Source: Bacteroidota bacterium
GTDB lineage: Bacteria > Bacteroidota > Ignavibacteria > Kapaibacteriales > HRBIN21
Direction: 5' to 3'
Length of the DNA stretch: 64,000 bases
Assembly: GCA_030550275.1 (NCBI GenBank)
Contig: JAUQPR010000003.1
Coordinates: 69,571 to 133,570 of the forward strand
A model generated the notes under the pieces. That model was not told the origin of the DNA and did not search any database. It saw only the letters and a program-made list of their open reading frames with translations. The position numbers were made by a program, and so were the translations under genes. The first letter of the stretch is position 1; each line of letters opens with the position of its first letter. Shown one piece after another: positions 36,809 to 45,953 of the stretch.

Positions 36809-37016
36809 ACCAAGTTTTCCACACAGGTGTGGAAAGCGCGGAGGTTATCCACATCGCCCCCCTGCGCGCGTATTTTCCACAGGCGTATCCCCACGAATTC
36901 CACACAGCATTCGGGCAGAGCCTGGGCTGTCCAATTCATTGTCCAACATTGGGATAGGCGGAGCCGGCATCCGGTTTTCCACATTTCCACAGCTCCTCTC
37001 ATCGCCACATTCCACA
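36781..37016. promoter_or_regulatory. Array of ten DnaA-box-like 9-mers (TT[A/T]TCCACA); candidate oriC or DnaA-regulated promoter
   Basis: Perfect TTTTCCACA at 36781, 36793, 36815, 36873 and 36975. Perfect TTATCCACA at 36845. Variants: CTTTCCACA on the reverse strand at 36828-36836 (forming a 9-bp-arm inverted repeat 36816-36835 with the 36815 box), AATTCCACA at 36896, ATTTCCACA at 36983, CATTCCACA at 37008. Lower-GC stretch at 36925-36955. Confidence 0.6.
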
Positions 37017-37025
37017 AGGAAGCAC

Positions 37026-38291
37026 TCACCGGATGATGTCAAAGCCGCAGTAGGGGCGGAGAGGCTCAGGGATGCTGATAGCTCCGTCAGGAGTCTGGCA
37101 CTGCTCCAACAGGGCAACCATCAAGCGAGGCGTTGCCAAACCGCTTCCATTGAGCGTATGGACAAAGCGCGGTTTCTCGCCCGGAGCTGGGCGGTATCGG
37201 ATTCCGGCGCGCCGGGATTGGAAATCCTCGAAATTGGAGCAGCTTGAAACCTCCAACCACCGCTGCTGGCAGGGCGACCAAACCTCCAGGTCGTAGGTCT
37301 TCGCGCTGGCAAATCCTAAGTCACCAGCGCAGAGCACAACAACGCGGTAGACCAACCCCAAGGCTTGGAGCAGCTCCTCTACTTCGGCAACCAGCTTCTC
37401 CAGCTCCTCGTACGACTCCTCAGGGCGGCAGAATTTGACCAACTCGACCTTGTTGAACTGGTGCATTCGGACCAACCCGCGGGTCTCGCGCCCGTAGCTT
37501 CCGGCTTCGCGGCGGAAGCACGCAGAGTAGCCGCAGAGCTTAATTGGGAGCTTCTCAGCGGGGAGGACCTCGTCGGCGTAGTAGTTCGTCAAGGGGACTT
37601 CGGCGGTGGGGATGAGATAGAGGTCATCGTGCTCGATGTGGTACATGTCCTCCCGAAGCTTGGGGAGTTGTCCGGTGCCCTGCATTGCCTTAGGGGTGAC
37701 CAGGAAGGGCGGGAAGACCTCCTGGTATCCATGGCGCTGGATGTGGAAATCGAGCATGAAGTTGAGCAGCGCCCGCTCCAATTGAGCCCCCTTTCCGGTG
37801 TAGAACACGAAGCCGCTTCCGCTGACCTTTGCGGCGCGGGGGAAGTCCAGCAACCCCAGGTGGGAGGCGATTTCGAGATGGTCCCTCCGAAACTCCTTCG
37901 GCTGTGGAGTGCCCCAGCGGCGGACCTCTACGTTCGCCTCCTCTGTTGCCCCATCGGGGACGCTGGGATGTGGAAGGTTGGGCAGTAGCAGGAGCCGCTC
38001 GTTGAGCTGGTGCTCCACCTCCTGAAGCTCGTCCTCCATGGAACGGAGCTGTTCGGCGATCGCCTTGAGAGAGGCGAGCAGCTCTTCGCAGGGTTGCCCC
38101 TGCTGGCGGCGCCGAGCAACTTCGTTCTGCGCGGACTTCCGCTGGTGGCTGAGCGATTCGATCTGGCGCAGGAGTTCGCGCCGCCGGGAATCCAACTGCA
38201 GGATCTCCTCCAGGTCGTAGGAGTCTCCACGCCGGCGGAGCTGTGCGGCGATCTCCTCCGGGCGCTCACGGATGAGCTTCAGGTCGAGCAT
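37026..38291 (-). CDS. serS: Seryl-tRNA synthetase
   Basis: ORF 37026..38405 trimmed to ATG 38291 (MLDLKLIRERPEEIAAQLRRRG). Class II aaRS motifs are present (FRREAGSYGRETRGLVRMHQFNKVE, GSGLATPRLMVALLE). 421 aa. Confidence 0.9.
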   Translation of the reverse strand: MLDLKLIRERPEEIAAQLRRRGDSYDLEEILQLDSRRRELLRQIESLSHQRKSAQNEVARRRQQGQPCEELLASLKAIAEQLRSMEDELQEVEHQLNERLLLLPNLPHPSVPDGATEEANVEVRRWGTPQPKEFRRDHLEIASHLGLLDFPRAAKVSGSGFVFYTGKGAQLERALLNFMLDFHIQRHGYQEVFPPFLVTPKAMQGTGQLPKLREDMYHIEHDDLYLIPTAEVPLTNYYADEVLPAEKLPIKLCGYSACFRREAGSYGRETRGLVRMHQFNKVELVKFCRPEESYEELEKLVAEVEELLQALGLVYRVVVLCAGDLGFASAKTYDLEVWSPCQQRWLEVSSCSNFEDFQSRRAGIRYRPAPGEKPRFVHTLNGSGLATPRLMVALLEQCQTPDGAISIPEPLRPYCGFDIIR

Positions 38292-38416
38292 TACTGCATC
38301 GTCGCAGTGGAAGAGGCACCAAAAATACCAAACCGCGGCGGGCTTGCTGTCGGAAACAGGGCAGAGCAACGGCTTGCGCTTGTGTATTTTTGCTCGATGT
38401 TCCACAGGCAGTGCTC

Positions 38417-39898
38417 ATGGGCAAACACCGCAAGCCTCGAGTTGGACTGCTCTACCACAAGACGAAGATCCTCTGCACGGTTGGTCCGGCTGTCTCCTCC
38501 CCGGAGAAGCTGGAGGAGCTGGTCGTGGCAGGGGCTGACGCCTTCCGGCTGAACTTCTCGCACGGGTCTGTCGAGATGCACGCCGCCTACGTCGGGTGGA
38601 TCCGCGAGGTGGAGCGGCGGACGGGCGTGTATCTCCCGATTGTCGTGGACCTCCCCGGACCGAAGCTGCGGGTGGGGGAGCTGGAGGGGAACTTCCTCGA
38701 GCTGCGCACGGGTGAGGAGGTGCTACTGGTGGATTCCTCCAGCGCAGGGCGTGCAATACCGCGGCATAAGGGAGGTGTGCCGGTCATCCCGGTTGAGTAT
38801 CCGACGTTGGCGGAGGACGTCAAGCCTGGGGATACCGTGCTCATCGATGACGGGCGCTTGCGGTTGCGGGTCCGCAGCAAGGAGGGAAAGGCAGTCCGCG
38901 CGGTGGTGGTCGCCGGAGGGATCTTGCACTCGCGCAAGGGGATCAACCTGCCAGGGGTAGCGATCTCACTGCCGAGCCTGACGCCGCGCGATTACGAGGG
39001 TATCCGCTTTGCGGCTGCCCATGGCTGCGAGTACGTAGCCGTGTCGTTTGTGCGCTCGGCGGAGGATATCAAAGCTGTACGCGCAGCGCTTGAGCAAGTG
39101 GGGAGCGATGCTTGGGTCATCGCAAAGATCGAGCGCCCTGAAGCCCTGGCGAGGATTGATGAGATTCTCTCCGTCTCCGACGCCCTCATGATTGCCCGAG
39201 GGGACCTTGGGGTCGAAATCCCCGCTGTCCAGGTACCGTTGGTGCAGAAGCGGCTCATCGAGCTTGCCCGGCGCTCTGCCAAGCCGGTCATCACCGCAAC
39301 GCAGATGCTGGAGAGCATGGTGCACAACCCAGTTCCGACCCGCGCCGAAGCCAGCGACGTTGCAAACGCAGTGCTGGATGGAACCGACGCGGTCATGCTC
39401 AGCGCGGAGACCTCTGTGGGCGCCTATCCGGTCGAGGCGGTAGCGACCATGCGCTCGATCTGCCAAGAGGCTGAGCGGGCGCTGAAGGTACACCCGGAGG
39501 TGGTGCAGCCACTTGTGGAGAGTGGAGCACCAGAGCAGCTCGTCACGGACGCGATTGCGGCGGCAGCGGCGGCAATCGCTGCCGAACGGCGGGTCAGCGG
39601 AATCGCCTCCCTGACGCTTTCGGGCGAGACGGTGCGCCTGATATCCAAGCGGTATCCACCCGTGCCGATCATCGCCGTGACCCAGAGCGTCCATGTTGCG
39701 CGCCGGGTCGGGCTGCTGTGGGGAACGGTCGGGGTGGTCATCGAGCGCGTGGGGTCCACCGACGAGACCATTGAGGAGGTCAAGCGGCTGCTGCGGGAGC
39801 GCGGCTTCTTCCTGCCGCGGGAGCGCATCCTCATCACCATTGGACGACCGATTGTGAGCCGCTCTCGGACCAACATGCTCTCCATCGAAACCCTGTAG
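38417..39898 (+). CDS. pyk: Pyruvate kinase
   Basis: The ORF track starts at a TTG (38390); the first ATG is 38417 (MGKHRKPRVGLLYHKTKILCTVGPA). Motifs KIERPEAL, MIARGDLGVEIP, MLSAETSVGAYP. Confidence 0.9.
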   Translation: MGKHRKPRVGLLYHKTKILCTVGPAVSSPEKLEELVVAGADAFRLNFSHGSVEMHAAYVGWIREVERRTGVYLPIVVDLPGPKLRVGELEGNFLELRTGEEVLLVDSSSAGRAIPRHKGGVPVIPVEYPTLAEDVKPGDTVLIDDGRLRLRVRSKEGKAVRAVVVAGGILHSRKGINLPGVAISLPSLTPRDYEGIRFAAAHGCEYVAVSFVRSAEDIKAVRAALEQVGSDAWVIAKIERPEALARIDEILSVSDALMIARGDLGVEIPAVQVPLVQKRLIELARRSAKPVITATQMLESMVHNPVPTRAEASDVANAVLDGTDAVMLSAETSVGAYPVEAVATMRSICQEAERALKVHPEVVQPLVESGAPEQLVTDAIAAAAAAIAAERRVSGIASLTLSGETVRLISKRYPPVPIIAVTQSVHVARRVGLLWGTVGVVIERVGSTDETIEEVKRLLRERGFFLPRERILITIGRPIVSRSRTNMLSIETL

Positions 39899-39921
39899 GT
39901 CGCACCAACGCGGTCGGTGCC

Positions 39922-40473
39922 ATGGAGGGTCGAGTGCTCGTGCCGATAGCCAATGGCACTGAGGAGATGGAGGCGGTGACCATCATTGACCTGCTGCGCC
40001 GCGCCGGGATTGCCGTCCTCGTTGCCGGAGAGAGCCCAATGGTGGTGTGCTCGCGTGGGGTGCGCATCGTGCCCGATGTGCTGCTGGAGGAGATTCCCGA
40101 AGAGGAGGAGTTCGCCGCAGTGGTGCTACCGGGAGGGACCCGTGGGACGGAGGCGCTGCTGCAGAATACGCATCTGGCGAGGATTCTCCAGGCGCAGCAT
40201 CGCCGGCGAGCTTACATCGGCGCAATCTGTGCTGCTCCCACGATCTTGGCTGCCCATGGGCTTTTGGAGCCCGATACCCCTGTCACCTCGCATCCTTCGG
40301 TAGCGGAGCAGCTTCGGGCGTATCTATACCGGACGGAACCGGTTGTGCGCGCCGGGCACATCCTCACCAGCCGCGGAGCCGGGACGGCGATCGCCTTCGC
40401 GCTGGAGCTCATTCGCCTATTGGTGGGCGATGACGCCGCAGCCGAGGTTGCTCGCCAGATCGTGCTCAACTGA
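39922..40473 (+). CDS. DJ-1/PfpI (ThiJ/YajL) family protein
   Basis: 183 aa. Nucleophile-elbow region AYIGAICAAPTILA and the DJ-1 fold pattern (VLVPIANGTEEMEAVTIIDLLRRAG). Confidence 0.75.
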   Translation: MEGRVLVPIANGTEEMEAVTIIDLLRRAGIAVLVAGESPMVVCSRGVRIVPDVLLEEIPEEEEFAAVVLPGGTRGTEALLQNTHLARILQAQHRRRAYIGAICAAPTILAAHGLLEPDTPVTSHPSVAEQLRAYLYRTEPVVRAGHILTSRGAGTAIAFALELIRLLVGDDAAAEVARQIVLN

Positions 40474-40476
40474 GGC

Positions 40477-41685
40477 TCACGGGAAGAGCCACTTCCACGG
40501 GTGGTAGCTCAGGCGGAGGAGCCCCAGCCGGTGGCTCCAGCCCAGGAGCACCTCTCCATCGGGGGTCACTGCAGGCACGAGCACCAGTGGTGGTGCCTCC
40601 GAGAGCGAAAGGACCTCCCGAAGGCTGCCATCCTCGCGGGAGAGCACGTATGCTCCGAGCGCTCCACCCTGGCGGGCAAGGCACAGCAGCGCCTGGCGAA
40701 AGACGATTGGTGGCGCTGTAAGCTCCGCTTGCAGGTACAGCTTCCAGAGTAGCTTCCCTTGGCGCGAAAAGCACAGAACGCCGGAGATGGGATTGCCCAC
40801 CCCCGTGCTGCCGATGCCGACGTAGAGCGAGGAATCCGCAGTGGCGAGGAAGCGCGCCGGTGCCGGTAGAAGCTGGGACCACAGCAGCTCCCCCGTGGGC
40901 GAGAATGCATGGAGCACAGCAGCAGGCGAGGACTCCGGATTGTAGCGGATTCCAGCAACGGCAAGGAAGCGGTCGCCCACAACGGGTCCACTCGAGATCG
41001 CCGTCAGCGGAAGGGCGCGCGCCCAGCGCTGCTGCCCGGTGGAGGCATCCAGGAGCACCAGTGTATCGGTTTCCCCAGGGACGCCTGGTCCGCTGGAGAG
41101 AGCGACCGCATCTGCAAATGCCGCAGGAAGCCGTCCGATAGGAGCGGCTCGATTGGAGCGCCATCGCAACCGCCCATCGCCGCTGAAGCAGAGGAGCTCT
41201 CCAGCCAGGCTTGCTGCAAGGACGCCATCGGAGAATGGCAGGAGATGAGCATAGGCGGCGCCGGAATCCAGCGGGGCAAACGCAGCCGTGCTCCAGAGCA
41301 GCTTGCCCTCGTGGGAGAGGGCGTAGAGCACGCCATCAGTTGCCAAAGCGTACACCCGGGAACTATCGGCGGCAAGGGAGGTAGCAATCGCACCACCAGG
41401 AAGCCGGAAGAGCCAATCCACCCGAGTGGGCGAGACCGATAGGAGCGAGCCCCCGGAGGTTGCCATAATCCAGCGCCGTGAGGAGAGCACCAATGGTGGG
41501 ACAACGCACCCGCTTGTGTCCGCTGCATCCAGAGGCAGCAGGAGGGGAATGCTCGGAGGGAGTTCGGCTGCTGCGCTGTAGTTGCTGCTCCGCTGTGGAG
41601 TCCCCAGCGCGGCGGGGAGCTCCCATTGCTCCCGCTGGCAGGCGCACAGCAGCAGGAGTGCCAGAAGACCAGCGCGTGTGTTCAT
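40477..41685 (-). CDS. PQQ-like beta-propeller repeat lipoprotein (BamB-like)
   Basis: ORF trimmed to ATG 41685 (MNTRAGLLALLLLCACQ lipobox), ATGA overlap with the cca stop. Repeats of the DG.L.A..-.G.LLW type (DGVLYALSHEGKLLWS, GELLCFSGDGRLRWRS, LLDASTGQQRWA). Confidence 0.55.
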   Translation of the reverse strand: MNTRAGLLALLLLCACQREQWELPAALGTPQRSSNYSAAAELPPSIPLLLPLDAADTSGCVVPPLVLSSRRWIMATSGGSLLSVSPTRVDWLFRLPGGAIATSLAADSSRVYALATDGVLYALSHEGKLLWSTAAFAPLDSGAAYAHLLPFSDGVLAASLAGELLCFSGDGRLRWRSNRAAPIGRLPAAFADAVALSSGPGVPGETDTLVLLDASTGQQRWARALPLTAISSGPVVGDRFLAVAGIRYNPESSPAAVLHAFSPTGELLWSQLLPAPARFLATADSSLYVGIGSTGVGNPISGVLCFSRQGKLLWKLYLQAELTAPPIVFRQALLCLARQGGALGAYVLSREDGSLREVLSLSEAPPLVLVPAVTPDGEVLLGWSHRLGLLRLSYHPWKWLFP

Positions 41686-43208
41686 CCGGACGCTCCCTCG
41701 GGTGAGGCGTTCACCGGTTTGCCCCGATGCCGGCGGAAGCGCTCCTCCTGGTAGGCGAGTGCCTCTGCCAGTAGGCGCTCCTTGTTCTGGAGCAGGTAGT
41801 CGCGGACGGCATCGTGCTCGTTGGGGACAAGCCCATCCAGGATTGCCCGTTCGAGGGCTTTTTTGATGTAGCCCACTGCGGGCGAAGGCGGCAGCCCGCA
41901 CAGCTGCATGATCTCCTCCCCGCGCACCGGGGATTGGAAGGCGCGCAGCCGGTCACGCTCCTGCACCTCCAGAATGCGCCGTTCCAGTGCGTCGTAGTTT
42001 GCCAGGAAGCGCTGTGCCAGCTCTGGGTTGCGCGTTGTGATATCGGCGCGGCACAGCAGTAGCAGATCCTCCAGTGCATCGCCGGCTTGGACGATCAGGC
42101 GGCGAATAGCCGAGTCGGTGACACCTTCATCCACGAGCGCTTGCGGGCGCTGGTGGAGGCGGACCAAGGTCTGCACGTAGGCGAGCTCGGACATCGGCAG
42201 GCGCATTCGGCGGAAGATGCTCTCCAGCATGCGCGCGCCCACCTCTTCGTGCCCGTGGAAGGTCCAGCCGACGCCCTCAACGAAGCGCTTCGTCCGGGCT
42301 TTTCCGATATCGTGCACCAGGGCAGCAAAACGGAGCCAGAGCTTGTCGGAGCGGGCAGCAACGTTATCGAGCACCTGCAGCGTGTGGCGCAGAACATCTT
42401 TGTGCCCGTAGGCGTAGGGACCCTGGCGCACAAGCTCCACGCCCGCCAGTTGGTGCAGCTCGGGGAAGATGAACTTGAGAAGCCCGCACTGGTAGAGCAG
42501 GAGCAGCCCCTTACCCGGGTGCGGAGTGGAGAGAATCTTGAGCAGCTCCTCGGTCACGCGCTCCTGCGAGACGATTTGGATGCGCGATGCCAGCCGGGTC
42601 ATCGCCTGGCGGGCATCCTCGGCAAGGGTTCCATCGAGCGCTGCCACAAAGCGGGCTGCCCGCATCATCCGCAGCGGGTCTTCGTTGAAGGTTACCCACG
42701 GGTCCAGCGGAGTCCGGATGTAGCGCTGATGGAGGTCCTGCAGACCGCCGAAGAGGTCAACGAGGGCACCCCAGTACGGCTGGTTGAGCGCAAGCGCCAT
42801 TGCGTTGATGGTGAAATCGCGCCGGCGCAAGTCGTCCCAGAGGGTGCCCTCCTGCACAATCGGCTTGCGGGAGTGCTCTTCGTAGACCTCCGTTCGGGTG
42901 CCGACGAATTCGCAGCGGTACTCGCCGATGGGCACCAGTGCCGTGCGGAAGCGTTCGTAGACGACGGCTTTCGAACGGAAGCGGCGTGCCACCCGCCGGG
43001 CAAAGGCGATAGCATCGCCGATGACGGTGAAGTCCATATCCTTGCGGGCACTCCCGAGCAGGAGGTCGCGCACGTAGCCCCCGACGACGAAGAGCCCAAT
43101 GCCCTCTTTGTCGGCGAGCGTGCCGAGCTTGTACAGGAGCGGGTCGGCAAGCTCCAGCCGGGGTGCTCGCTCCAGGTAGTCCACGACGTCGGCAGGGAGT
43201 GGGCTCAT
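41682..43208 (-). CDS. cca: CCA tRNA nucleotidyltransferase / poly(A) polymerase-family protein with HD domain
   Basis: ORF trimmed to ATG 43208 (ATGA overlap with the kef stop). Pol-beta-like NTase head (LFVVGGYVRDLLLGSARKDMDFTV.., RRDFTINAMAL). HD domain (HGHEEVGARMLE.., ALVHDIGK). Confidence 0.8.
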   Translation of the reverse strand: MSPLPADVVDYLERAPRLELADPLLYKLGTLADKEGIGLFVVGGYVRDLLLGSARKDMDFTVIGDAIAFARRVARRFRSKAVVYERFRTALVPIGEYRCEFVGTRTEVYEEHSRKPIVQEGTLWDDLRRRDFTINAMALALNQPYWGALVDLFGGLQDLHQRYIRTPLDPWVTFNEDPLRMMRAARFVAALDGTLAEDARQAMTRLASRIQIVSQERVTEELLKILSTPHPGKGLLLLYQCGLLKFIFPELHQLAGVELVRQGPYAYGHKDVLRHTLQVLDNVAARSDKLWLRFAALVHDIGKARTKRFVEGVGWTFHGHEEVGARMLESIFRRMRLPMSELAYVQTLVRLHQRPQALVDEGVTDSAIRRLIVQAGDALEDLLLLCRADITTRNPELAQRFLANYDALERRILEVQERDRLRAFQSPVRGEEIMQLCGLPPSPAVGYIKKALERAILDGLVPNEHDAVRDYLLQNKERLLAEALAYQEERFRRHRGKPVNASPEGASG

Positions 43209-44878
43209 TCCTGCACAGCCCCGTAGTGGAACCGCTGGTAGTGCTCGGAGCGGAAGCGCTCCTGGACCTCTGCAATGGACTCCTCCGGCATCCCCAGTTG
43301 CCGCATCAGGATAGCGATGATGTGTAAGGAGGCTTCGAACTCTTCGGCGACCACGGCGGAGGCGCCAGCGTCGTAGAGTGGCTCGATCTGCGCCACAAAG
43401 CGAGTGCGTACGATGATGAACGCCTCTGGTGCCACCGTTCGGGCAACGGCAACGGCTTGGGGGAGGCGCAGCGTATCCGAGATGGCGAGCACTATCACGC
43501 GCGCTTGGTCTGCTCCGGCTCGGCGCAGTGCGCGCTCGTCGGTGCAATCGCCCTGAATGACGCGCTCCCCCCGTGCACGCAGCTCAGCAACGGTCCTGGG
43601 GTTGAGCTCCATGACGGCAAAGGAGATCCCCACTGAGCGGAGGACTGCGCACACGTTCTGCCCACTCACTCCGTAGCCGATGACCAGGACGTCGCTGGCG
43701 GGGAGCTCTGCTGCCGTCGGGCTCGCAGACGGCGCAAGGCGTTCTGCGATGCTGTAGAGCACAGGTGTCAGCATCATGCTCAGCACGAGCGCTCCCAGAA
43801 GCTGCTGCGTTGTTGCCGCCGAGAGGAGCTCAGTCCTGCTGCCGATGTTCACAAGTACGAAGGAGAACTCCCCGATATTGGACAGCAGCACTGCTGTCAG
43901 CAGTGCCGTCCGCAGCGGATAGCGCAGCAGGACGAAGAGCACTGTGATGAGAAGCGCTTTCCCCAGAACGATTGCCACCGCAAGCAACACTACGCTTGCC
44001 CACATCTGCCACAACGAAGCCGAAAGCGAAAGTCCCACCGCCAGGAAGAACACCGCCGCAAAGGCATCGCGGAAGGGCTCGATGGCAAAGGTCAGATGGT
44101 ACCGCTCGCGGATGCCGGAGAGCGCCAAGCCCACCAGAAATGCCCCCAAGCCCGTGGGGATGTTCAAATGCTCGCTCAGCACCGCCGAACCAATGCCCAG
44201 GGAGAGCGCCAGGAGCACGACGAGCTCGCGCGAAATAGGCAGGCGCAAGCCACGCAGGAGCAGCGGAACGCCCCATCGGACCAGCAGGAACAGCAGCACT
44301 GCTCCGGTGAGAACTGCCCCAAAATGCACAAGGAAGGCAGCCGCGTTGCTCGAGTGGGTACTGCTCCCCAGCGTCTCCATCGCAAGGATGAGCGGACCAA
44401 TCGCCAGGTCTTGAAACAGCAGCACTCCAAGGGCGGCTCTGCCGTGCACGGTGGAGAGTTCGCCCTGCTTGCTCAAGAGTTGCAACCCCAGGGCAGTGCT
44501 GCTGAGGCAGACGATAAAGCCAGCGCTCAGGGCTGCCGGCACGGATGCGTCGGCAACTCCATGCCAGATGAGAGCAGCCAAGCCGATAGTCGACAGGATC
44601 TGAAGCGAGCCACCGAGCAGCGCTGGATAGCGCAACAGCCACAACTCTTTGGGCGAGAACTCCAAGCCGATGGCAAAGAGTAGCAGGATCACCCCGAGCT
44701 CGCCCAGGAGGCGGATCCCCTCTGGGTCGCTGAGTGCACCGAGGGTAGAGGGTCCGAGCACAACGCCGGCGATGAGCAAGCCCAGCGCGGGGGGAAGGCG
44801 CAGCCGCTCAAACAGCGCGATGATGGCAAACGCCACCCCCAGCACAAGCGCCAGTTGGGACAGAAATGCCGAAGGCAT
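43205..44878 (-). CDS. Monovalent cation:proton antiporter-2 (CPA2, Kef-type) with C-terminal TrkA-N (RCK) domain
   Basis: Twelve or so hydrophobic helices with Na_H_Exchanger-like motifs. RCK domain VLVIGYGVSGQNVCAVLRSVGISFAVMELN. Confidence 0.8.
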   Translation of the reverse strand: MPSAFLSQLALVLGVAFAIIALFERLRLPPALGLLIAGVVLGPSTLGALSDPEGIRLLGELGVILLLFAIGLEFSPKELWLLRYPALLGGSLQILSTIGLAALIWHGVADASVPAALSAGFIVCLSSTALGLQLLSKQGELSTVHGRAALGVLLFQDLAIGPLILAMETLGSSTHSSNAAAFLVHFGAVLTGAVLLFLLVRWGVPLLLRGLRLPISRELVVLLALSLGIGSAVLSEHLNIPTGLGAFLVGLALSGIRERYHLTFAIEPFRDAFAAVFFLAVGLSLSASLWQMWASVVLLAVAIVLGKALLITVLFVLLRYPLRTALLTAVLLSNIGEFSFVLVNIGSRTELLSAATTQQLLGALVLSMMLTPVLYSIAERLAPSASPTAAELPASDVLVIGYGVSGQNVCAVLRSVGISFAVMELNPRTVAELRARGERVIQGDCTDERALRRAGADQARVIVLAISDTLRLPQAVAVARTVAPEAFIIVRTRFVAQIEPLYDAGASAVVAEEFEASLHIIAILMRQLGMPEESIAEVQERFRSEHYQRFHYGAVQE

Positions 44879-44921
44879 CAGGGAAGCAGGGGCTTAGTTG
44901 TTTTGGGTTGAAGCAGGCACT

Positions 44922-45944
44922 CTACGGCTGCCCATCGGTTGGGGTGTACGTCGGAACGTCGATGACGCGGCGAAGACCCGTGCTGCCACGGTCGCGGCGC
45001 TCGATGGCAACCAACGCAGCGGCGTAGATCTCGCGCCAGGTGACACCGAACTTCTCCATCAGCTCCTCCGGCTCGCCGCTGCCGCCGAAGGTATCGCGAA
45101 TGCCCACGAACTCAATTGGGACGGGGTAGTTCTTCGCCACAATCTCGGCAACGGCGCTGCCCATGCCTCCGTGGATCTGGTGCTCCTCGGCGGTCACGAT
45201 TGCCCCGCACTCGCGGGCAGCAGCCACGATGGTCTCGATGTCCATCGGCTTGATGGTGTGGTTGTTGATGACCCGTGCCTGGATGCCGCGCTTGGCAAGC
45301 ATATCGGCTGCCAGGAGCGCTTCCCAGACCATTGCGCCGCAGGCGATGATGGCAACATCGTTGCCCTCGCGGAAGATCTCCGCTCGCCCGAGCTGGAAGG
45401 GTGTCTCCTCCGTGGTGAACCAGGGAACGGCGGCGCGCCCGAAGCGAACGTACGCCGGACCCCACATCTCGCCGATGGCGATGGTGGCTTTCTTGGTCTC
45501 CATGTAGTCGCACGGCACCACCAGGGTCATCTTGGGAAGGGTCCGGATGACGGCGATCTCCTCCAGCGCCTGGTGCGTTGCGCCATCCGGACCGACGCTC
45601 ACGCCGGCATGCCCTCCGCCGATCTTCACGTTGACCTCGTTGTAGCAGACCGAGATTCTGAGCTGGTCGGCATTGCGGAAGGCGCAGAAGGCGCCGTAGC
45701 TGGCAAAGAAGGGGATCTTGCCCGAAAGGGCTAATCCGACGGCGATCGTTGTGGCGTTTTGCTCGGCAACCCCGATGGAGAAGAAGCGGTCAGGGAATCG
45801 GTCGCGGAAGAGCGAGGTCATGACCGATTCGGTGATGTCCCCACCGAGCACGACGACGTTGTCGTAGCGTTCACCGAGCACGACCAGCCCTTCCCCAAAG
45901 CCTTGGCGAGTTGGTTTCTTGCCCAGGAGCCGAAATTCCGGCAT
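44922..45944 (-). CDS. Transketolase, C-terminal (pyrimidine-binding) subunit of a split transketolase
   Basis: Motifs FFSIGVAEQNATTIAVGLAL, GPDGATHQALEDIAV-like (GPDGATHQALEEIAVIR), and the C-terminal transketolase_C domain. Confidence 0.85.
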   Translation of the reverse strand: MPEFRLLGKKPTRQGFGEGLVVLGERYDNVVVLGGDITESVMTSLFRDRFPDRFFSIGVAEQNATTIAVGLALSGKIPFFASYGAFCAFRNADQLRISVCYNEVNVKIGGGHAGVSVGPDGATHQALEEIAVIRTLPKMTLVVPCDYMETKKATIAIGEMWGPAYVRFGRAAVPWFTTEETPFQLGRAEIFREGNDVAIIACGAMVWEALLAADMLAKRGIQARVINNHTIKPMDIETIVAAARECGAIVTAEEHQIHGGMGSAVAEIVAKNYPVPIEFVGIRDTFGGSGEPEELMEKFGVTWREIYAAALVAIERRDRGSTGLRRVIDVPTYTPTDGQP

Positions 45945-45953
45945 GGTCTCCGC

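Noticed and set aside
36906-36960. Interpreting 36906-36960 as a definite DNA-unwinding element
   Set aside because: It is only modestly less GC-rich (about 55%) and lacks obvious 13-mer repeats, so it was kept as a caveat within the oriC hypothesis rather than called as a feature.
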